Positions 28,587-37,797 of a DNA stretch of 64,000 nucleotides are shown here, one piece after another; within the stretch, counting starts at the first letter, position 1; the number at the start of each line of letters is the position of its first letter. Source of the DNA: Staphylococcus phage vB_SscM-1; sequence record NC_047767.1; one strand, given 5' to 3'. Both the position numbers and the translations under genes were made by a program. Under the pieces are notes generated by a model that searched no databases, was not told where the DNA came from, and worked only from the letters and a program-made list of their open reading frames with translations.

Positions 28587-29202
28587 TATCTAACCCTCTC
28601 TCATAGTAGTTTGCTTGTAGGTAACATACCATGATAAGAATAAAATTAAACACTTCTGTCGCAATAATATGTGGATACGTGTTAGTTAACACCATACTAG
28701 TAATCAAACATAGTAATCCAGTACCCATGATTAAGAACAACCATTTACTCGTTCCTGTTGATGTTTTGGTTTTAAAATAGTTAGTTATTTGACCAATATA
28801 AGCAAGGATTATAGATGCAGAAGCAACTGATTGAGTAATGTGTGGTTTATCTAAATATAGGTATGATAGCAGTATAAGAAAAATTAAAAATATTGAAAAG
28901 TCTCTTATAACAATACTATAATCTCTCGACTTAAATACATGAATAACCAAACATATTATTCCTAGTAATAAATTGATACCTACTGCATATATTTGAAACG
29001 TATTAGCTTCTGTAACAATTAAGTTATGGAAGCTAATACCTACAGTAATAACAATAAAGAACCAGAAGTATTTACCTACACCAGTTAAGTCTTTAAACTT
29101 AACTAGAGCAATTAACCCAGGGATGTAACCTACTATCATTAATATAGCATACAAAGAACTTAGTAATTCTGGTAAATTAAGGATAATCTTAAAAAATTCC
29201 AT
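28552..29202 (-). CDS. Integral membrane protein (216 aa, about 6 TM segments)
   Basis: Hydrophobic profile; RBS GGAGGAGG. Confidence 0.55.
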   Translation of the reverse strand: MEFFKIILNLPELLSSLYAILMIVGYIPGLIALVKFKDLTGVGKYFWFFIVITVGISFHNLIVTEANTFQIYAVGINLLLGIICLVIHVFKSRDYSIVIRDFSIFLIFLILLSYLYLDKPHITQSVASASIILAYIGQITNYFKTKTSTGTSKWLFLIMGTGLLCLITSMVLTNTYPHIIATEVFNFILIMVCYLQANYYERGLDNERNPEVGKNS

Positions 29203-29207
29203 ATTAA

Positions 29208-29777
29208 TTAAATACCTCCTCCAATCTCCTCAAGCTCTTTAACAATTTCTTCCCATGATATAATACCTTTACCTTTAGTTAGGTACTGTACTTGACCATA
29301 TACATAAGCGTTAAAAGAACTAGGAACTCTATCAGGGTGGTCTGTCATATCCGCTGTATTCCATCTTATATCATCTGAGTACATAAATACCGGTTTCTTT
29401 AAAATATCTTCTACATAATTTAATAACTCAGGTGTTAAATCATAATTAAGTAGATTCTCTGCATCTCTTTTCATTTGGAAAATCTGACCAATCTCTGCAA
29501 CTGTTCCTCTTCCACCCGCATCTGCTGTAGGTACGTCAATAACATAAATATCTGCATTTTCAATAGCTACTGTATCATGTTCCACAATACGCTCTGCTAA
29601 TTTATCTGTATTAGCATTCTTTTTATCATTGATATCATTATTAGAACTAGGATTATAAACTGAAATACCAATTATTCCTTCTAACTCCTCTTTCTGCTTT
29701 TTACGATACTCAAATTGTGCTTTGTGCAACATATCTCCTGCAAGATATACTTGTAACTCTTTAACTTCATTAGTCAT
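29208..29777 (-). CDS. Nucleoside 2-deoxyribosyltransferase-like protein
   Basis: N-terminal VYLAGDM and DAGGRGTVAEIGQ resemble the NDT family's YLAGPFF and catalytic-Glu loop. Confidence 0.55.
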   Translation of the reverse strand: MTNEVKELQVYLAGDMLHKAQFEYRKKQKEELEGIIGISVYNPSSNNDINDKKNANTDKLAERIVEHDTVAIENADIYVIDVPTADAGGRGTVAEIGQIFQMKRDAENLLNYDLTPELLNYVEDILKKPVFMYSDDIRWNTADMTDHPDRVPSSFNAYVYGQVQYLTKGKGIISWEEIVKELEEIGGGI

Positions 29778-30666
29778 GTACTATTTCTCCTTTTTCTTCA
29801 ATAACCTCTCTTAATGTGTGAGGCATTTTTTTCTTAATTTGTTTTTCAACTATCTTTAAGATATTTTCTTTTTCTTCTTCCATAATATCATTAACAAAGT
29901 CATTACCTACTTGTTTCATGATTAAAGAAAAATTTTCTAATTCTAAATCATCTTCAGATAATCTATTCTCCTCTATAGCTCTAAAAATCATTTTTTCCAT
30001 TCTTGCTTTAGTAATTGCATAATCTGCTACTGAATCGTTATTTCTAGTCTCTGCTTTCATCTTCTTTTTACTAAATTCTTTAAATTCTTTTGATACAATC
30101 TTGTAATAATCATCATACTCAGTTTTGCCATTCAAGTATTTGATAACTACACCCTCTCCTGTATTAGGCTTAACAGTCATATCTGACTTTCCTACTAAAT
30201 CTTTTATTTCTTGCATGTCTAGTTCATTTAAATACATAGAAGGTTTCAAAACCATTAAAGGTTTTACCATCTGTAATCCTAAATGGTGAGATATTACTTT
30301 TACTTCCTCATAGGGTAAGTAAATATCATATTCTTTATCATAAATATCAAATACATAAAAGTTATAATAATATTCATCTTTATAGTTAATTCTATTTTTT
30401 ACCAGCCATTCCCCAAATATAATGTATCTTTGTAGGGCTGATACATAAGTGTTATTCACATTAATATTTTCATGTACCCAGTTATAAAAACCTCTTAAAG
30501 TTTCATGCTCATTTAATTTTTTTCTACGAGAAAAACATACAAGTTCTAAGTCCTCCATAGTAAAACTTGCATTACTACCATCCAATTTTTCTTGAACAAC
30601 CAGTCCTCTTTCCTTAAAGCTCTCTAACATAACACCTTTATTTTTTATCTTATCATAATGCTTCAT
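29770..30666 (-). CDS. ATP-dependent nucleic-acid ligase-like nucleotidyltransferase (KxDG motif; RNA-ligase-like)
   Basis: VVQEKLDGSNASF motif I. Confidence 0.5.
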   Translation of the reverse strand: MKHYDKIKNKGVMLESFKERGLVVQEKLDGSNASFTMEDLELVCFSRRKKLNEHETLRGFYNWVHENINVNNTYVSALQRYIIFGEWLVKNRINYKDEYYYNFYVFDIYDKEYDIYLPYEEVKVISHHLGLQMVKPLMVLKPSMYLNELDMQEIKDLVGKSDMTVKPNTGEGVVIKYLNGKTEYDDYYKIVSKEFKEFSKKKMKAETRNNDSVADYAITKARMEKMIFRAIEENRLSEDDLELENFSLIMKQVGNDFVNDIMEEEKENILKIVEKQIKKKMPHTLREVIEEKGEIVHD

Positions 30667-30738
30667 AAAAAATCCTCCTTTAATTTATAGTATCATTATA
30701 CCATAAATCAGGAGGACTGTCAAGCTAATTTATTAAAT

Positions 30739-31500
30739 TTATTCTATAACACCATAACTTTTATTATACTCTGATAAAGTACCACGGTGCTCTAATTCTT
30801 CAAATCTTTCATCCATTTCATGATTTCTAAGGATACTCTCTACCATCTCTACTACAGGGTGTCTTTGTACTTCCGTTAAGTTTAAGTGGTCAAAGTATTT
30901 CTTATCCTTATCTTTCTCATATAATCCTGATAGTAACTTATATAAACCATTAGTTTCTGGTTTACGTAAAGTCTTATCATCACATTGTGCAAAGTTACCT
31001 AAGAAAATAAACTTACTGTTATTACCTGCACGAGTAGCAATAGCACTAATTGTATTTATATCTAAGTTTTGAGCTTCATCAATTATAAAGTATACATCAT
31101 TTAATGAACGACCACGTATAGATTGGATAGAATCAAAGAATACTTTCTTACGGTTTTCATCTTGACCTTCAAACAAAATGTAATCTTTAATATTACTATT
31201 ACTATCCATTACTTCTAAGTTATCCATAAATGGTGCTACATAAGGATATAACTTATCTTGTGCATCCCCCGGTAAAAAACCTTGAGACATACCTATTTCA
31301 ACTTGAAGTCTTGTATAAATTAACTTTCTATAATCCTTGTCCTCAATTACTTTCTCTAATCCTACTGCTTGAGATAATAATGACTTACCACAACCACTTT
31401 GTCCTGATATAAAAGTAAATGGTTTATCATTTGTTAAATACTGGAAAGCTAATTTCTGTTCTTCATTTTTTGCTGTTATACCAAAATATGCCATATACAC
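30739..31500 (-). CDS. phoH: PhoH-like ATPase
   Basis: Walker A GQSGCGKS, Walker B IIDEAQN, overall PhoH-like layout. Confidence 0.7.
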   Translation of the reverse strand: MYMAYFGITAKNEEQKLAFQYLTNDKPFTFISGQSGCGKSLLSQAVGLEKVIEDKDYRKLIYTRLQVEIGMSQGFLPGDAQDKLYPYVAPFMDNLEVMDSNSNIKDYILFEGQDENRKKVFFDSIQSIRGRSLNDVYFIIDEAQNLDINTISAIATRAGNNSKFIFLGNFAQCDDKTLRKPETNGLYKLLSGLYEKDKDKKYFDHLNLTEVQRHPVVEMVESILRNHEMDERFEELEHRGTLSEYNKSYGVIE

Positions 31501-31542
31501 ATTGCCACCTTATTTATATTTACTTACTTTTAATATAATACT

Positions 31543-32100
31543 TTAAAAATCAATCTCATCATCATATAAGTCTCCAATACAGGTGTGTAGATAGTCTAAA
31601 TCTAACTCTCTAATTTCAGTTTCATTTCTTGATAATCCTGTATAGTAAACTGCTTCTACTGAGTCTAAATCATTATCTGCATAGTGATTAACAACATCTA
31701 CTACTGATTCATTATCTGGTAAGAAAATATCGTTATCTGAGAATTTGATAATAACATCACCTTGAGGTAATACATCGTTAAAAGCATCTATACTTACCTC
31801 TTCAAATATAGGGAATTCTACACCTCTAATTTCTCCTAAAGAGGTATGTCTAAAAGTTACTAAATTATTATCTTTTTCAATTTTGTAGAATCCTACACCA
31901 CCTGCATCTTTGTTATACTGAGCAACAAAATCTTTATTTAAACTTACTAAGAAAGGATTTAAAGAATTCCTATCTTTAGCATCCTCTGGGGTACCTTTAA
32001 CAGTATCATGAGCACTTTTTACATAATCACTTATTTTTCCTAAATCCGTTGTGTTTACTTCTCTTAATTCTTTTACTACAAATGGACTAATTTTTTCCAT
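31543..32100 (-). CDS. Hypothetical protein (185 aa)
   Basis: ORF track. Confidence 0.5.
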   Translation of the reverse strand: MEKISPFVVKELREVNTTDLGKISDYVKSAHDTVKGTPEDAKDRNSLNPFLVSLNKDFVAQYNKDAGGVGFYKIEKDNNLVTFRHTSLGEIRGVEFPIFEEVSIDAFNDVLPQGDVIIKFSDNDIFLPDNESVVDVVNHYADNDLDSVEAVYYTGLSRNETEIRELDLDYLHTCIGDLYDDEIDF

Positions 32101-32112
32101 ATTATCTCTCCT

Positions 32113-32592
32113 TTATTTTCCTATTGATTTTTTAGCTAACATATCTACATGGTCATTCCACTTATTATCACTATGTCCTTTTACTTTTACGAACTCAATT
32201 GTTATATGTTTCTGATACTCTCTTAACATCTTAATGTAGGTTTGACTAAGGATATTTCTTGCCTGCCAACTACCTTCATACCACTTTATTAATCCTATAT
32301 AATCTACATAAACTACAACTTGCTTATAACCTAACTTTATAGCTTTCTCTATACCATAGCAACAAGCCAATACTTCCCCGGTTACATTGTTGTACTTAGC
32401 AAGAGCTTTTTTATCTCCGCCCTTACTAACCTCTGCTAATACTTCAGCATCTTCACTAGGTGAGTCTAATAATACTGCTCCTGAACCATAAGTACCTTCT
32501 TTATAATCTGATGAACCATCTGTATATACATAAACAGTACTATCCAATTGGTACCTCCCCTCTAGACAAGAAGTAAGGGTGGTATGAGTCAC
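32113..32592 (-). CDS. Ribonuclease H
   Basis: VYVYTDGS..GSGAV, VKGHSDNKWNDHVDMLAKK. Confidence 0.8.
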   Translation of the reverse strand: MTHTTLTSCLEGRYQLDSTVYVYTDGSSDYKEGTYGSGAVLLDSPSEDAEVLAEVSKGGDKKALAKYNNVTGEVLACCYGIEKAIKLGYKQVVVYVDYIGLIKWYEGSWQARNILSQTYIKMLREYQKHITIEFVKVKGHSDNKWNDHVDMLAKKSIGK

Positions 32593-32737
32593 TTGTAAGA
32601 TTATAAATATATTTTACATGAATACTTTCATAATCAAAACAACTAAAGCATAGAGACTTAACTTCCTTCTCATCCTTTGCTACAATAAATATTTCAAAAT
32701 CATCCAAAGTTACTTTAAATAAACTTTTAAACTCCAT
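32540..32737 (-). CDS. Small hypothetical protein (65 aa), overlaps the RNase H start
   Basis: RBS AAGGGGG then 9 nt then ATG. Confidence 0.4.
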   Translation of the reverse strand: MEFKSLFKVTLDDFEIFIVAKDEKEVKSLCFSCFDYESIHVKYIYNLTSDSYHPYFLSRGEVPIG

Positions 32738-32750
32738 TACTTTTGCCCCC

Positions 32751-33437
32751 TTAAGATAATCTTTTTAGAATACTTATAAGCTCTTTAATATCTTCTGCGT
32801 TATAATCATCAAAATCTCTACCTTCAAAGAAATCATAAGCTTCATATCTTACTCCGTCACTAATATTCTCTGAATCTATAATTTCCTCTAAATCATAAAA
32901 GGAACTAATAAGTTCTTCCATATCCACATCATCTAATAAATCATGAAACTCCTGAGCATCATCTGACATAGATTTTAAAATTATATTATGGTAAGTGCTA
33001 CCCTCACCTGCACTTGTATACAAATGATTAATATTAAGAATTACTAGTGTGTTCACTACAACATTAAATTCACTTATAATAGGTAACTCTTCTACTAAAT
33101 ATTTAATATTACTATTAATAATATCATTAATAAGTTCATCACCTAGCATAGCTTTTTCTTCTTTAGAGCTATACTCTCTAAGATTAGAGAAGTCATCTCT
33201 ATATGTTATTAGTGAGTTTCTATCTGTACTTAATAATCTATCCATAGCACCTAGTAGCATAATCATATCGTGATGTGTACTCATTTCCTTAAGTAAATCC
33301 ATTAGTACAAAAAAGGACTCTTCTCCTATAGCTTTTTTAATATCCTGTAACTCAAAGGATTCTATCATAGCTAGTGTATCATCTATTTCTTCAATTGTAG
33401 GCAAATGTTTAATTAAATTATTTTCCTTCATTATCAT
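32751..33437 (-). CDS. Hypothetical acidic protein (228 aa)
   Basis: ORF track. Confidence 0.5.
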   Translation of the reverse strand: MIMKENNLIKHLPTIEEIDDTLAMIESFELQDIKKAIGEESFFVLMDLLKEMSTHHDMIMLLGAMDRLLSTDRNSLITYRDDFSNLREYSSKEEKAMLGDELINDIINSNIKYLVEELPIISEFNVVVNTLVILNINHLYTSAGEGSTYHNIILKSMSDDAQEFHDLLDDVDMEELISSFYDLEEIIDSENISDGVRYEAYDFFEGRDFDDYNAEDIKELISILKRLS

Positions 33438-33648
33438 CTTCCTCTTCTAATTCTTTGAATAGCTCCTCTGCTGTCATTCCTAAAGCTTTTTCTAATTTAG
33501 CTCTATTAGCACTTCTAGGTTTCTTTTTACCATACTCCCAGTAGGATATAAGAGAATAATGTACACCTAGTTCACTTGCTAAACTCCTTAAAGTAAATCC
33601 TTGTTCTTCTCTTACTTTTTTAAGTACTAGTGGTTTATTTTCCTCCAT
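33418..33648 (-). CDS. XRE-family helix-turn-helix transcriptional regulator
   Basis: TLRSLASELGVHYSLISYWEYGKKKP HTH. Confidence 0.75.
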   Translation of the reverse strand: MEENKPLVLKKVREEQGFTLRSLASELGVHYSLISYWEYGKKKPRSANRAKLEKALGMTAEELFKELEEEDDNEGK

Positions 33649-33649
33649 A

Positions 33650-33901
33650 TTAATCCTCCTTATATCTTAATGGATGTGAACCAGATTCTACTACCTTGAT
33701 AAAACGATAGCTATTACCTGGTAAAGCATTATCTCTTACATAACTCTTAGCCTTATTTTTAGCCTCAGCTTTACTCTTTGCTGTTACTTCTAATGGTACT
33801 GTCTTCTCTTTATTACCTAAGTTATAATTAAAGTAAACAGTAAATTTTAATTCCTCTTTCTTAAGAACATTTATTCTAAACCATCTTTTAAGTCTACTCA
33901 T
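33650..33901 (-). CDS. Hypothetical basic protein (83 aa)
   Basis: ORF track. Confidence 0.5.
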   Translation of the reverse strand: MSRLKRWFRINVLKKEELKFTVYFNYNLGNKEKTVPLEVTAKSKAEAKNKAKSYVRDNALPGNSYRFIKVVESGSHPLRYKED

Positions 33902-33934
33902 CTTAATATCTCCTTTCTTTATTAACTTAAATAC

Positions 33935-34006
33935 ATTATAACATATTTATAAAACCAAGTCAACTTAAATATAAAAAAAAGACTAGGAAATTAATCCTAA
34001 TCTTTT
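33935..34006 (-). promoter_or_regulatory. Terminator plus promoter TTGACT-N17-TATAAT downstream of the lysin genes
   Basis: Reverse complement read directly. Confidence 0.6.
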
Positions 34007-34015
34007 AGAGTCGTG

Positions 34016-35134
34016 CTAGTATACTTTAGTAATAATTAATCTTTCGTGCCACACGTAACCGTTATTATCTGGTGAATATACTCTACAATACCCATCTTTA
34101 GTAACTTCATAAACATAGAATATTTGACCCGGTTTGTATTTCTCATTCTTAAGTGTACCATTTCTAGTTGTAATTGTAACACCTGCACTATCGGCTTTAG
34201 CTTGTAGTATAGGTTTCTTTTGAACCTTTATTGTCCCTTTAGGAACTTTTTTACCAATTGCTAACTTAAGTTTTGGTGCCGGTGTTTTTTTCTTAGGTGT
34301 TACTTTCTTTTTAGCTTTAGCAACTGTAGCTTTAGCTTTAGCAACTGTCTTATTCTTAAATATCTCTACAACTCTTAAGCGTTCGAACCATACCCAACCA
34401 TTATTACTATTTGAGTATACTCTAGCCCAACCATTTTTAATTTCAAAGATATAAAATTGGTCATATCCTGCTTGGTAAACTTCGTTAGTAGGGTAGTACT
34501 TACCATTTTGTAACTTACAAATATTTACACCATACTTATCTGCTTTAGCTCTGAAATAAGCACCTTTAGAGTTAGATAAAGTTTTAGGTGGTACTTTACC
34601 TTTAACAATAGCTTTAGCTCCACTTGAACTATTAGATGTTGCAGGTGCTTTAGGTTTAGTAACTGGTTTAACTGTAGTAGGTTTACTTTCTGTAACTGTA
34701 GAACTTTTAGCGTACTTAGGTCTAATAAATACCATTGATGGGTCGTATGAGTGAGAACGTCTAGTAGCAACTTCAGTCTTACTTATTCCTCCACCCAACC
34801 AATTCTGCTCGATTACAGTTATTGTATTAAGTGTAGCACTGATAACTGAGGCAACGTGACCATATCCACCACCAAAAGTAGGACTAGTCCATACTACAAT
34901 ATCACCCGGTTGTGCTAAAAATTCAGGTGTATTGTTATATATATCTGCCTTACCTGTGAAGTCATTTTTATAAGGTATATCCTTAGCACCTTCACCGGCT
35001 AATGACATTCCCATTGCAAAGTAAGCATGGTAGTTAGCAGTATCAAAGCATTGCCATCCTGCATAGTTGTCCCAATCCCAACCTTTACCTTCTAAGGACT
35101 TAATGTAGTCCACAACTTGTTTTTGTGTTTTCAT
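34016..35134 (-). CDS. Endolysin: CHAP peptidase plus two SH3b-like cell-wall-binding repeats
   Basis: CHAP Cys (WQCFD) and His (GHVASV); C-terminal repeats homologous to the amidase C-terminus. Confidence 0.8.
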   Translation of the reverse strand: MKTQKQVVDYIKSLEGKGWDWDNYAGWQCFDTANYHAYFAMGMSLAGEGAKDIPYKNDFTGKADIYNNTPEFLAQPGDIVVWTSPTFGGGYGHVASVISATLNTITVIEQNWLGGGISKTEVATRRSHSYDPSMVFIRPKYAKSSTVTESKPTTVKPVTKPKAPATSNSSSGAKAIVKGKVPPKTLSNSKGAYFRAKADKYGVNICKLQNGKYYPTNEVYQAGYDQFYIFEIKNGWARVYSNSNNGWVWFERLRVVEIFKNKTVAKAKATVAKAKKKVTPKKKTPAPKLKLAIGKKVPKGTIKVQKKPILQAKADSAGVTITTRNGTLKNEKYKPGQIFYVYEVTKDGYCRVYSPDNNGYVWHERLIITKVY

Positions 35135-35223
35135 TTATTCTATTTCCTTTCTTGTTATATTGTATTCTTAATATAACAAGATACAAAAATAGGACTAAGG
35201 AATTAACCTTAGTCCTAAATATA

Positions 35224-36105
35224 TTACATAACTTTAGTAATAATTAATCGTTCATGCCATACCCAAAGATTTGAGTCTTTTGAATAAATTCTAGCCCAAC
35301 CATCTTTAACTTCGTAAACATGGAAATTAGGTGTACCTGCTTTATAAACTAGGTTAGTCTTTTGATACTTACTACCTACTTTTTTACACACTGTAATTCC
35401 TGCACTATCAGCTTTAGCAATAAATTGTTTAGAACTTTTATGAGCTAAAGTTTTAGGTGCTTTTTGTCCTACTTTAAGTTTACTAGTTGTTTTCTTAGTC
35501 TTAGGCTTAGTTGTTTTCTTAGCCGGTGCTTTTGTAGAGCCTCCAATAGATTTACCATGGATACCTTCTGCAATCTTCTTAGTAAATGATTGTAGGTTTT
35601 TCTTAATATAGTTCATGTCACCACTATTAGTAATAAATCCTAGTTCTACTAAACGGTAGTTAATATTAATTTGACCTGCAACATTACAATTTAATAAATC
35701 GTTACGTTTAGTTACACCTCTAATAACTCCTACTGTATCTTTAAGTGCTTTTTGAATACCATTATCAATACTATCTGCTGGATAAGCACTAGGTATAATA
35801 ACATGTCCTCCACTTGCACTTGGACTAGCACTATCTAAATGGAACTCAACTACAACTTTATATCCTTGAGATTTAACCCAATATAATCCGTAGTCTTTAG
35901 TATTACCTAATTTTTGACCATAAGCTGTATCTTGGTACATGTCTTGTGACTTACCGTAAATAGCAACAGTATGCCCTGCTTGCTTAAGATACTTAGCTAC
36001 ATTATCGACAATATTGTTTCTAATGAAATCTCTCTCATTTGTACCATTTCCGACTGCTCCAGGGTCGTTATATCCGTGACCTGCTACTAACATAATTTTA
36101 GTCAT
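35224..36105 (-). CDS. Endolysin: N-acetylmuramoyl-L-alanine amidase (Amidase_3) plus SH3b-like binding repeat
   Basis: MLVAGHGYNDPGAVG..; C-terminus ..GWARIYSKDSNLWVWHERLIITKV shared with the CHAP lysin. Confidence 0.8.
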   Translation of the reverse strand: MTKIMLVAGHGYNDPGAVGNGTNERDFIRNNIVDNVAKYLKQAGHTVAIYGKSQDMYQDTAYGQKLGNTKDYGLYWVKSQGYKVVVEFHLDSASPSASGGHVIIPSAYPADSIDNGIQKALKDTVGVIRGVTKRNDLLNCNVAGQININYRLVELGFITNSGDMNYIKKNLQSFTKKIAEGIHGKSIGGSTKAPAKKTTKPKTKKTTSKLKVGQKAPKTLAHKSSKQFIAKADSAGITVCKKVGSKYQKTNLVYKAGTPNFHVYEVKDGWARIYSKDSNLWVWHERLIITKVM

Positions 36106-36170
36106 TAAAAAATCACCTTTCTGTTATAATTTGTACTACATCTAATATAACAGAAAGGTGATTTATAATT

Positions 36171-36365
36171 TTATTTATTTCTTGATGATAAACTTTCTAG
36201 TTTCTTAATAATTTGAGATGCTGTTTTATTATCTACTGACTCTAAAGTTGTTTCTGGTAAAAGTTCAATTGCATCCCAAACTTCTTGTTTATTACTAAAT
36301 TTTTCATTAACAATAACATTACCAATTAATGATTCCATATAGTAAACTTGTTTATTAGTTGCCAT
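36171..36365 (-). CDS. Hypothetical protein (64 aa; start moved to MATNKQ)
   Basis: RBS AAGGAG then 9 nt then ATG at 36365. Confidence 0.45.
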   Translation of the reverse strand: MATNKQVYYMESLIGNVIVNEKFSNKQEVWDAIELLPETTLESVDNKTASQIIKKLESLSSRNK

Positions 36366-37732
36366 TCCATAAAACTCCTTTTTTATTATATGTATAACCA
36401 CGGACGTCAACGTGGCTTTAAACTTCGGTTTCCATCATCGTAATAACTTCCACCTCAATACTCCGCAGAGTAGACATAGCTATGTAAAGTATATAACTAG
36501 CATCTCTTCCTAGGAGAACACGCTTGCGTTATATACTCAATGAAACTCTACCCTCATTCGAGGAAACAGCAAACCGATTCGTCAATCGCACATGTTAATT
36601 CTCAAGTTTCATTTATGTATAACTCCCTCTAACCTGTAACTTGGGAGCGTGGTAATTTACCATACGTACAAATTCCAGTTTTACATATTCAGGTACTAGT
36701 AAATATTTCAACTAGTTTGTGAAGTACGCTACCTTGAACTCATAAACTCCAATAGCTAAATAAGTTGTTTTTACTGAGGACATTTTTATTATGTATATAC
36801 CCTAGTGGTTAACTAGGGAGTTACTAAGGAACCACCTTAGCAAGTGGATATCTACAAACGTTGGCTAACTCGATACCTGCTACGAGTACTCCTAATATTT
36901 AAAAATAGCGTTAGGCACGCCCACGACCTTCGTAACGTTTTGTTTAGTAAGCTTGTTTATTCTATCAAATAAGTTTATAAATTGTACTTGGTCTGATACA
37001 ATAGTTTACTTACCTATGTATCCCCCTGGGCAATTAAACGCAGGAGGCAGTTCTTATGCCTATCACTTATAAGAAAACCTAAAACCATTATAAGCTGGAC
37101 TTTTGAAGATTGGTTTATTTTGTTCACGCATACGTAAAAACTTACCACTATCCATGGTTGATAAATTCTTACGCCCAGTATCATAGGGTTAGTTGAACAG
37201 GGACAAGTTATGGAACTAACTTGCGATAAAAGAGTTTTGTAGTTTATGTATGGCTAGTTATTTTTTATGTAGGACGAACTAGCAAAACTACATATCATCA
37301 TATAACCAGTAACTTCAGATGATAATAAAGTTTTTTTACAACTGGTTCATTTATGTATTGCCTACTCCTCGTAAGGTGGTAAGCTGAATTAATATATTAT
37401 GTATACTAGGATTGTACCAGTAAACTTCCTAGTGTTATCTTCCCATCTTGCACAGGAGACCTCGAGATTATCAGTCCCTTTAAATAGTTTTTTTCCTATG
37501 CCTATTACTAGATAGTAAGGATTGATTAATTCCAAACGTTACCCTCAATCTTTGGGTTAGCTCACAATATTTGAGTATGACACAGACTGGTTCGTGGATG
37601 ATTACCTCAATTCTATATATGTAACCTTGCACCTTGAACCCATAAACTCAGGTGCACCTAAAGCCGGCTAAGGAGTTTGGGTGACTTGGGGACATAGCAT
37701 TACCTCTTTTTTTGTTAGGACTATGTATATAG

Positions 37733-37797
37733 AAGTGCAAGGGATTCGAACCCTTAGACTTAGCCTGCCTCCGGACACGCCGACTAGACACTTCTAT
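37733..37797 (-). other. tRNA-like minihelix: perfect T-arm (AAGGG-TTCGAAT-CCCTT) and 7-bp acceptor stem, but no D or anticodon arms
   Basis: Reverse complement TAGAAGTGTCTAGTCGGCGTGTCCGGAGGCAGGCTAAGTCTAAGGGTTCGAATCCCTTGCACTTCT folded by hand. Confidence 0.35.

Noticed and set aside
37733-37797. Calling this element a bona fide tRNA gene
   Set aside because: Only the T-arm and acceptor stem fold. The 30 nt between them cannot form both a D-arm and an anticodon arm.
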